A DNA stretch of 64,000 nt from Paraspadella gotoi (Eukaryota; Animalia; Chaetognatha): assembly GCA_051294375.1 (NCBI GenBank), contig CM119268.1:9928370-9992369 (forward strand). The letters run 5' to 3'. The notes under the pieces were generated by a model. The model worked only from the letters and a program-made list of their open reading frames with translations. It made no database searches and was not told the origin of the DNA. Positions 26,947 to 36,996 of this stretch are shown here, in pieces; the stretch's first letter is position 1; every line of letters begins with the position of its first letter. The position numbers and the translations under genes are program-made.

Positions 26947-27204
26947 CAAGGGGCTTAAAAAAATATTCTGACGGAGAATTGTGAATTGTGAAGTTTTAAA
27001 CGTTTCATTTTATTATCATTTTCTGTCATTACTTTTTTTCGCCAAGAGAGAAATTTTTACTGTAAATTTGTTATCACATAAAAAACGTACATACAATAAA
27101 ACCAGTCAGTAAAATACATAACGTCACGTCGTTACCATAACACGGTTTATTATTATTCAATAATCCTGTATTCAGTAAAAATTTTTCCATGTCTAATTCG
27201 ATGA

Positions 27205-30200
27205 TCAAATTGGGTCCTGCTGAATCTTACTCGACGACCTCGCCTCCTCGCAAACGCGAATCATAGAGACAGCGGCCGCGGCCGCAGCATTGGCTTGACT
27301 CGTCCAGGGAAGTAATGGAACTCGTTGGTCCAAAACATTATCGAATCCTGGAAGGAATAAACCAAAAAATATTTAACAGTTTGCAGAAATATATAATGTA
27401 TGCGGTCTGGTGGACTAAAATCCACCAACCGTTAATCAGGCGCCATTGGTGCAGAAGGCAAGTCAGTCGCCTCCCAACCCAAAACCGGGGTTCTAGCCCG
27501 GTGGCTGCCTAGCATTTAAAAGAGACAGGGCGCTAAACCCGCCTGTAACAGTGTGTTACAGCCTGATCCGAAGCTCAGTGACTGCTTATATTGAATGATT
27601 CGGTCACTAACTCATAACAATTATTTATTTCTCTTCAGTGATTTCTTAACTTACTGGGCCAAAGGGAGCTTCCTCTCAAGTAAGGCGAGGAGGAGACGAG
27701 ACTTGAGAAAGGGGCAGAGTGCGAAGTGGGTCCCGATTGGGTCGAGCCCCTAGCCACGATTGACGAGATGTGCGAAGGAGTGGCGCGGAGGGGTGGTCGC
27801 GGGTAACTCGGAGGGAGAAGGAGAGAAGAGTAGGGAGAGTAGTCGAGAAATGAAGGGAGAAACAGTGAAGCAGATGAAGGAAGAGGAGGACAAGCAAAGG
27901 GGATATTGACAAACGAGGAGAGAGATGCGCGCTCGTCGACCATGGAACCCTTCATTTGTTTTCGTTCGTCGTCGATCACTAAAAACGTTCGGGGGAACTT
28001 AATGAGGGTGTGGTACAACGAAGATTCTCAATTGATAACTGTATATTGTACAATGCGCCCATTACCCCGTGAGCCAGAACGAATGGAACAAAGTAAAAAT
28101 TTATTACACAGAAACTACTTTATATTTTCATATAATAAGATAACTTTTATTAATTTCTAAAATACATTGATCAAAGGCGGCAAAAACCTTTATCTCTAGA
28201 TCTTAAAGCTTCTGGTTCACAATAAAGTATTGTTTCTACTTCTGATACAACTTTCGTCCCATCTTGGATGCTGAATTGCATACAATCACCACGCAAAATT
28301 TTAGGTGAAAAATTCCAACCGAATTTTCAGATTTCAGGTTCCAGCGGGATTCCTCCCCAAGGGATTCCCCCCCATAGAATTCCTACCACACGGGATTCCT
28401 CCCAAAAGAATTGCTCCCACACGGGATTCCTCCCACACTCAGATTTCAATATGCTTCATAAAAATTCAATTTTACGTAGTAAAAAGTCGGTTATTAAATT
28501 GAAAATGATATACATAAAACGTCAATGACTTTTCTACCTATAAAACAATCAGGGTGAATATACGCATAGAAGAATGACAATGATTTTATTAGTGCCATCC
28601 GTTCTGGCTCACGATTCCGTCTCCAACATCTACGCCGTCGCATCTTTTCATTCCTCACCATTGGGTTCTTCGGCGTGTTTGTCCCTGTCTTGGACGGTTT
28701 CTTCGTCCTCTGATCCCGACCGCCCTGTCGCCAAAGTCAGCAAGGAACCGGCGCCGGAAACTTCGCTCTCTTGGGAACTTTTTGACAGGGAAACTCGCAA
28801 AGATGTCGAAGGACCGATTCGAGCGCGCATTGACTTCCGCCATTTGGCTCTCCGGTTTTGAAACCAAACCTGGCAGATTGTTGATGACATTTCAACATCA
28901 AACCGATTGAAACCCCTCCTTCCCTATCAAAAGAAACTCGTATGGTGGACTAAAATCCACCAACCGTTCATCAGCGGCCATTGGTGCCGGAGGCAAGTCA
29001 TTCGCCTCCCAACCCAAAGGTCCGGGGTTCTAGCCCGGTGGTCGTCTGGCAGGGACGGGGCGCTTAACCCACCTGTAACATGGTGTTACAGCCTGATCCG
29101 AAGTTCAGGGACTGCTTATATTGAACGGTTCTGTCACTTTCACATAACAATAATTACTGTCTCTTCATTGTGAGCCCGACTTCGAACACAACAGCAACAA
29201 CAACACTTACAGGCGACATGCCTCAACCTGGCGATGCACTTTCCGCCCACAACACATCAGGCACATGCCTCAACTTGGTGACGAACTTTTCACCAACAAC
29301 AACAATTCACTGAAGAGACGCAACAGACTTCTCCCTACGAGAGGGGGGATGTATGGTGGACTAAAATCCACCAACCGTTCATCAGCGGCCATTGGTGCCG
29401 GAGCAAGTCATTCGCCTCCCAACCCAAAGGTCCGGGGTTCTAGCCCGGTGGTCGTCTGGCAGTTAAGAGGGACGGGGCGCTTAACCCACCTGTAACATGG
29501 TGTTACAGCCTGATCCGAAGCTCAGGGACTGCTTATATTGAACGGTTCTGTCACTTTCACATAACAATAATTACTGTCTCTTCACTCGCCTGTATTCGCG
29601 CTTCCGTTAACTGTAGTCTCATAGCCAAATCTTCTCGGACAAATATATCGGGATAATGCGTTTGAAGAAATAGATCTTCCATGGCGCATAACTGCTGAGG
29701 CGTAAATGTCGTTCGATTGCGACGCTGCAATATGTATTAAGAAATTAATAAAATAAACTATAAAAATTTTCAAAAAAGTTATAACAACACTATAAGGCAA
29801 CTCTTTTACTATTTCAAATGGTGTACACACCTGTCGACGACGATGCAACAAGTATTCGTCAAGAATAAGACTTTGCTCTGGACCCATGTTACCCTCCATC
29901 TTCGTTTCCATTCCAAGGGGCATTGGACCGGAAGAATCATTTCCATCTAATGTAATTAATGTTCCGCATTGGCGATATTGTTGTACTTTTTCAACATCCA
30001 TTAATTTTCACTTACTTAAGCCGTGGTTAAAATTATTTTTCACGACTTCAATATCCACATTTTTATTCCCAGCCATCGGCGCCGAAATCTAAAAAAAATT
30101 GTTTTCTTCAAATTAATATTCAACTTCTTGATCTCGCAATCCCGCAAGCCAATCTTTACCGGATTTATCGGTCCCGGTTCAAAGTGCTTGACAGGGACGG

Positions 30201-30252
30201 GCGAAACGCAGGTCAGAAGCGAACGATCCAATCGTTGCGGCGGTAAATTCAT
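27205..30252 (-). CDS. PRD-class Q50 paired-like homeobox protein (CG11294/DRGX-related); exon joining after the homeodomain uncertain
   Basis: HRRRQ|[45 protein letters not shown]|[12 protein letters not shown] with the typical intron between Q and V (GC donor at 29589). The protein could alternatively stop at 28648. Confidence 0.85.
27397..27637 (+). mobile_element. Solo LTR, family B (tRNA-bearing TRIM), older copy
   Basis: TG...CA ends, colinear with the LTRs at 28941 and 29350; TSD not preserved. Confidence 0.8.
28068..28613. mobile_element. MITE-like element with about 19-bp TIRs and internal GGGATTCCTCCCACAC-type repeats
   Basis: CGTGAGCCAGAACGAATGG / CCATCCGTTCTGGCTCACG; about 15-bp tandem units at 28345-28438. 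Confidence 0.6.
28941..29584 (+). mobile_element. Complete TRIM (non-autonomous LTR retrotransposon) with tRNA-derived LTRs
   Basis: LTRs at 28941-29167 and 29350-29584 (TG...CA; 5' LTR lacks the first TG). PBS-like TTGTGAGCCCGAC (11/13 to tRNA-Trp PBS TGGTGACCCCGAC) at 29168; PPT GAGAGGGGGGA at 29339-29349; TSD CTCG at 28937-40 and 29585-88. Confidence 0.88.
29385..29455 (+). pseudogene. tRNA-Gly(CCC)-like sequence inside LTR (also 28974-29045)
   Basis: Acceptor-like GCGGCCA/TGGTCGT, A-box-like TGGTGCCGGAG, loop CTCCCAA, T-arm CCGGG-GTTCTAG-CCCGG. The anticodon stem does not pair. Confidence 0.7.
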
Positions 30253-31983
30253 ATTGGCAGATCAACGCCAAGACAAATTGAGAAATAGGCCTGGCCGCGA
30301 AGAGCCAAAGTCGCTTTTATAAGCTCGACCAAGTTCTCTTCCACCCTACGGCACCGCGGGCTCCACTTGTTGCTCGTTCGCGCCGCCGAAAGGAAGAGGA
30401 GCGTCGGCGGAGATTCCATCGTTTTTTAACGCCTCCGATTGGTCGACCATGAAACCTTTCAGGCGACAATATTGGCTCGCCTCTGTCTCTGCGCTTCCTC
30501 CTCCTCCGCGGATGGGAAATCGTCGCGAGCGGGGGATCGATCGGCGTCGTTCCGCCGTCGAACCCATTAACGGAATGAAGGCAGAGACGGTGACGGGATT
30601 TCGACGAGCTTTTTATCAATTTTCTGCCCTTTAGCGGAGAGAAAATGCTTTTACCGTTTAATCGAAACATTCGCCGTCGAGGGGGACGGAGTTCTGGGGG
30701 AGGGTTGACGGGGGGGGAAATGCTTCGTCAAGAACTACCTTCTATTTTACAGCATCGACGTTTTTGTTTTAGGTTGTTAACTCACGCGTTCAAAACTGTG
30801 CTCGAAAGATAGAGAGAGGTCGTATCGAATTTCTGTCAGTTATGCTGTCATTCTCATAGCAAAGTTTTATTGTTCCTTTAACTTCAATTGAACTTCGCCT
30901 AAAAAAATGGTTGATTTATCAATGAACAGCTTTCTATATGCATTCTAAACTATTAGTTTTTACTACCCCAAAAAATAAATTCACTTAAAATAAATAAAAA
31001 TTCTAAGGCTAATCCGTCACAACTTTCAATTCGAAATCCATTCCCGCACACAAGGTCGATACAAAAAACTTCCGATCAATCATGATTTCCTTTTTATTTT
31101 CATGAAAGGAGAAAAAAAAGTAGCGATGATATCGACGTCGAGAAAGACGTTATCATCTCAATGAATCAGTTAATCACACTAATCGCGAAAAACGCATTGG
31201 AGAAAGGACTTTAATTTCTGCGAGTAACCTTATCGATTCCTTGTCCTCCTCTTGTCGAGCGAGGGAAAGAAAAGAAAAATTGTTCTTTCTCGCTTAGTTT
31301 TTTTTCCTCGGCTTTTATTTCCCTGAGATTTCGCGTGAAAAAGGCGGGCCTCTTCAAGAGATTACATCGAGAAACAAGGTCTTAAACTTCCGTTTAAGAA
31401 CCTTTTCCATAAGGTTTCTCAAGTGAGGAAAATAGGGAAAAAAAAACTGGAATCGTTTCCGTAATCGGGCGATAGAGGCGGCTTATTGTCACGATTATCA
31501 GAATTATATGAAAAGATTCGCCATTTCCGTCGCTTAATGAGCCGAGTGTCAAAATAGGAGGAATAGCGGCCCATTTTAATTCGCCTGTTCCTCTTTAATT
31601 GGCCTTAAAATCAGTAAAAAACGGCCATTCAATTTTTTTTGTTGACATTTTTCAGTTACTAATGACGACTGTTATTCTTCTCGTTTGACAATGTGAAATC
31701 GAGATTATTTAGTAGATTCACAGAAAATTCTCTTGACCATCTACTAAAGATGTAAACATTTTAGCAAATATATAATAAAACTGAATGTCTAAAATTTTGA
31801 GGTAAGCAAGTGCTGCATTTAACTTTAAAGACAAATTAAAGCGAAGCTGAAAGAAACACCTTCAAAGTAAGCTATGTATGAAACGAAAAAAACGAAGATT
31901 ACTAAATAGATATATATACATATATATATAAACTTACAATTTATCATATACAAATTTAGTTTATCATCGTAAAAAAAATCCTA

Positions 31984-32737
31984 AAAGTATAGTGATCTCG
32001 CCAGACGTTACTATCAAAGAAAATTAAAAAAATTAAAAAAACCCTAAATTATTGATGTGATAATAATTGATTATTGATGTAATAATAATGGAATATTGAT
32101 GTGATGATAACGAATTATTGATACAATGATATTAAAATATTGATGTGATGATGAGAAAACGTTTAAAAAATATAATGAATCAATAAAACTATATAAAATA
32201 AATAGAAAAAAATTTTATTAAATAAATTGATGGAATAAATGTGGGAGAGATAAAGAGATAAAAAACAAAAAAATAAAGGGAAAAAAAAAAAAAAAATAAA
32301 AAATAGTTTTGCAGTGATAAAATCAGAGGAAAGACCGGTCGCTGCAGAGCTCAACTCGTTTTTAAACAAATCTGTAAAGAGAAAGAGAGAGAGCTAAAAA
32401 TAAATAAAGAGAAAAAAAAATCCAGCCGCAGAGATCAACTAATTTTTAAACGAATCAGAAAAAAAAAGATAAAAAAAATATAAAACATTTTTTATACTAT
32501 ATACTAATTTGAATATTAGAGTTAATCACAATCTGAAAAAAATTCAAACAAAAAATATTTGAATCTATATAAAACATATTATTTTAAAAGATCTTGATGA
32601 TGAAAAACTATATTTAAATTACAAATATATACTTTTATATTTTATAATTATAAACAATTGTAAAAAAGTGCGACGACGACGTCATGCAATAGTAAACCAT
32701 TATCTCGCCCATGGAGAGCCTAGGCCCGAGATAAAAA
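31984..32737 (-). mobile_element. HINE/DINE-like copy
   Basis: Subterminal ATCTCGCC repeats, terminal inverted pair plus A-run, ATTGATG minisatellite and (GAC)n. Confidence 0.65.
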
Positions 32738-32803
32738 GTAAATAAAACTCGAATTTAGGGTATGATGATGCCGGCTAATATTTCCATCGATTTAATTTCA
32801 AAA

Positions 32804-33430
32804 TCAAGAAGTGAAAACGTAGACAACGTTGAAGCCAATAACGATCATGAGTATGATGAAAAGACACACGAAACCGACGAGAATTCTGCGAAGAAGAATT
32901 CGTGTTTCGTTCAAGACGGGATGTATGCCCAACTCGTTCGCAGCTACCACGGGACTATTGCGGGCTTTCCACATGGCACAGTGATGCTGCAAAGAGGGAC
33001 TCAAAGCTATATGATTCAAAACGGTCTTTAATGAACGTCAAATTATTACCTCCAGTCGACGCAGTTCCATCTCCTTCGCCTTCAATGCCCATCTAAGATT
33101 CTTTTCATCGAGATTACTTCCGCAAACGCAGTCGGGAATGTTATGATATCCTACGGATTCGAGGGAAGACAAAGCGGTCGTCCTAATCTGGTATCCCAGT
33201 CGTTGAGATGGCTTTTGTCTGAAACGTCGCTCATGGCGTCCACAGCAAGGCTCGGTGGACGCAATTGCGCCGGCTTCGGGTATTTCCGGCAACTTGGAAC
33301 GGCGAAAATTAATTAAAGTTGTCTTAGGCCAAATTGCAGCCCGATGAGAATGGGTCACGGCACGTGGATAAAGTATTGGTGCAGAATGAGTACGACAAAC
33401 CAATATGCGGTCGCGTGAAGGAAATGGCAT
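32804..33430 (-). CDS. Unrecognised protein of about 187 aa with a short coiled coil and C-terminal TM anchor (2 exons)
   Basis: Exons 33430-33050 and 32986-32804 joined by a 63-nt GT-AG intron; LDEKNLRWALKAKEMELRRLE; C-terminal ILVGFVCLFIILMIVIGFNVVYVFTS. Confidence 0.55.
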
Positions 33431-33703
33431 TGTTTGGAACAACGAATTGATCGTTAAACCAGCGATCAAAATAAACAAAAAGGAACCGAACGGTTAAACT
33501 TCAATAAAAAAGAGATTAAACCTAAGTAAAAACCAAATGGTGGTCAAATATAATCGAGTCAAAAATATACTCTGAGTATATGTGTAAAATTGTGTATGGT
33601 TAAAAACACGACTTAAAACAAGTCGAGAGATATATAAAAACAAAACGATACATTCGTTCAGAATGCATACACCGGCTAATAAAACGACGAATATTAAAAC
33701 ATT

Positions 33704-36700
33704 TCACGAAGAGGAAAAGATTAAACTATGCGACGGGAGACGACAGTAGTGGTCCCGGATCTCGCCCGGATCGCGTCGAATCACGTCTCCTGTCTCCATG
33801 AGCAGCGCGCCTTTATTAGGCGCCAAAGTCGGGATGGAACCGTACGTGGTGTCCAAAGTGGACAGAAATTTGGCTCGTACATTTATTGGTCCACGCTTCA
33901 ATTCATGATCGAAAGTCTCCCCGGAAACACGACCTTTAAAGCAAAGAATAACCCCGATTTGTTCCGCGTCTTCGCAAGTCTCCGGGAGAGGTTGATTCAA
34001 GGTCTCGGGAAGAAAGAGCGTTAAAATTCCTTTAAAAATAAAGCGCTATTGACTTTTTATTATATTATTAAAATATTATTAAAGAATTTAGCCGACCGAT
34101 GAAAATAGCGAGACCCCCACAAAGCAGCAACGGCCATTGGGCATCCTTTCCTCCTATTTTATCTTCGCAGACATTAAAAACCGTATTCATCTCTCTGCCA
34201 AGATCAGCTATGACAGGCGCCAAGATGCCACCCAAACGCCCACAGCATGATGATAAACCCACCCCTAAATTACGGACTACCTGAAAAGAAAAGAGGAAAA
34301 AATAGCCATTGACCAGGGTGTCCAGGGACGACCGGAGGGGGGAGGGGAGGTGTGCTCATACCGTTGGGAAGATTTCCGCGGAATAAATGCAAATGACGGT
34401 AAAAGAAATAGAGGCAGCCCACTTTCCCACCATCATCAAACCTTTAAAACAAAAGTACAGTATTCAGTAACTATCATAGTTCGGAATATAGTAACTTTAC
34501 AATAAGGCGGGGCAGAATTTAACATTTTTTACAATATGAAAAAGTCTTCAATAAAAGTCTTTTGTCCTTTTACAACCAAATTGACTTATGATGTTAGATT
34601 TTGATTAAATTAATTTTTCTCCTGCATGGAAGCATTTTAATATTTAACAATATATAAAAAATATTTAAAATTGTTTTTAAAAAATTTAAATTTTTAAAAA
34701 TGGATTCTGATAAATATTAAAAAGTTAGATTAAGGTTATACTACAAATTTCAAAAATTTTAATGATAAATTTTTTTTTTTTTTTTTCGTTGCTAAGTGAG
34801 TATTAAGAAATGTTTATTGATGTGCCAATACAACGACTTTTATTATTAATAGTAATAGTTTTCACAAGCTGATGAAGACTCGAACCAACAGAGTTGAAAC
34901 ATGTACTATTAATAATAAAAATCGTTGTATTGGCACATCAATAAACATTTCTTAATGATAAATTTAAAAAACCTTAAAAAATCACCATCATCATCATTAT
35001 CATTCATTAAATTTTATAATTTTTATTTAATTTCATAGATAAATCATTAACACATTAACAATATTTATATCGGACTTCTGTTAGTTTGAAACCTGTTCCG
35101 CCTTACTGTACAATGTTTATTTTTATTTTAATTAGTATTATAGTAATTTTACAATGTTCTCACCGATAAGCGGCGCGTTGTCAGCGACTTTCTCCTCGGT
35201 TTTGGTACAGATAGTTAACAACAAGGCGGCGCCGGCCACGGTGTGAGAAAACACTAAGAGATTGCGTCGTCCGAAACGCGACATGGTGACGCCGCAAAAA
35301 ACGTAGGCGCTGAGTTCTACGCCGCCGGAAATTGACAGATTTAGTTGCAGCGACGGCGAGACTTTTCCTGAAAATATAATCACATACTACAAATTTCAAA
35401 AAATTTAATGATAAATTAGTACGTTTAAATATCACTCATGACGATGAGTACCCGCCGTCATGGTTAGGCCGTAGTATAGTAACGTTATTATGAACCAGTT
35501 CAAAAAAATGATGATGGTTTTGCAGAGAAAATTTGGTCGTCGAAAGCTAAAGATGTCGCGGAATCGTCCAGTTTCCGGTTGGGCGTGAACGATAGAAATA
35601 GAAGCGTCGTCCATTTCTGAGGTAAGAAATAATTTATGTAGTCTTTTTTTAAGGTTGAGACGATCGTAAATTTGGTTACCAGCGACCGTGGTTCGAAACT
35701 CCTCGAAATCGACTCCATTTCGCTTTGCCGCCATTTTGAGAATTTTCATCAATTGGTCAATGCGATGTTTCGCGAACAACCACCGCGGCGATTCTGATTT
35801 AAAACAAAAACTTATAAAATAACAATATCTGAATATGTTAAAATGTTATTTATAAAAATCATTTGTTGACATGAGCGTCACAAGAATTGTCACAAGAGCG
35901 CACCAGGTAAAAACCGCGGAATGAAAAATATGATGAATGGCAGCGTGCAGGCTGCGGCGGAAAGCTGCAAAAGCCTCCACTCGCGAAGCGACAAGGAGAG
36001 AGCGGCGAGGACGAACGTGCCGATGGCGACGCAGGCGTGATTCACAATGGAAACCAGATGTCGCTTAGAGGGTCCAACGTGTTCCACGGCCAACACCAAC
36101 GTCGATGTCAACATCCCGGAAAAGGTGGAGCCGTTGAAGAAGAGGATGACGACGAAGACCGGGAAGTCGGGGGACGCCGCCAAAACGGCGCTCGTCGCAA
36201 GATTAAAACCTACGGCGGCTTTGACGGCGACGGTCCTCCCGAACTTATCGGCAACGACGCCAAACACAACGGCGCCGAACATAACGCCCACCCACATCAC
36301 GCATTGAGAGGTGGGGACGGCGTCGCGGGAAGAACACACCAAGCCCCACTCTCCCGTTGCGCTTAAAGTCATTACTGTAAAAAAATTTAAAATAGTAAGG
36401 GCTAGGAGACCGACAAAAATTGCGTTACCATAAAAACTATTTAAATGTACGAATACGGTAATCACCGGAGTCATCGTAGACGAAGTCATGGCACAAAACC
36501 AAACGCTCTTTTTCTCCGGCGGAAGCTGTCCCGTTTGCGATACAGCATTCCTGCATCGTCCCATCCTCGGATTTTGGGATCAAGGATCGAATGTAACTGC
36601 GAACAATGTTTCGTAGTGATTTAACTCAGGATTTGATTACCATAGGGAAATACCTTGAGTGCTCGTCGCCAGTCTCCTCGTAGGTGTCGTTGGCGAAGAC

Positions 36701-36868
36701 TTGGGACGGGAGTCGGCAGCGATGCCGCGGGACGAATAGCGTAAACATCGGGAGGTAAGTCTGGATAGCGACGGGGATCGCAGGGAGACAGAGGAGAACG
36801 ACGAGGCACATTTGAAAAGGGCCGAGATCCCCAATCAAGGGGAAGATGTCCTCGTAATGAAAAACCAT
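33704..36868 (-). CDS. SLC22 family organic cation/anion transporter (MFS, 12 TM)
   Basis: YEDIFPLIGDLGPFQ, PRHRCRLP, EWGLVC, GVVADKFGR, ESPRWL, LLYYGL, SRFGRR, IYSAEIFPTVVRNLGVG, GRLGGILAP, FLPET. Confidence 0.92.
34802..34956 (+). ncRNA. Hairpin with about 52-bp arms whose loop holds a minimal hammerhead core (Penelope-like remnant)
   Basis: Arms 34802-34853 and 34904-34956; CTGATGA at 34869, helix II GACTC/GAGTT, GAAACATGTA at 34896-34905. Confidence 0.7.
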
Positions 36869-36996
36869 GTTTTTATTTCCTCTGCCTCCGTCACAGTTAC
36901 ACAAAAGCTTTAAGAAGCTGAAAAATGAAAGAATTGGGAAACATTGAAAAAGAAATGTATTACTAATTAATTTCATTTATAGAATAAGTAGCGTAA

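Noticed and set aside
28345-28438. CRISPR-like repeat array
   Set aside because: Units are contiguous with no unique spacers, the context is eukaryotic and there are no cas genes.
28974-29045. Functional tRNA-Gly gene or plain tRNA-SINE
   Set aside because: The anticodon stem cannot pair, there is no terminator or tail, and the unit lies inside TG...CA LTRs with PBS and PPT.
32762-33031. Plus-strand 89-aa ORF
   Set aside because: Antisense shadow of the minus-strand TM-encoding exon; no domain or splice support.
33020-33050. In-frame TGA-C between two ORFs suggesting readthrough, selenocysteine or a 24-nt intron
   Set aside because: An ordinary 63-nt GT-AG intron (33049-32987) with a good pyrimidine tract removes the stop.
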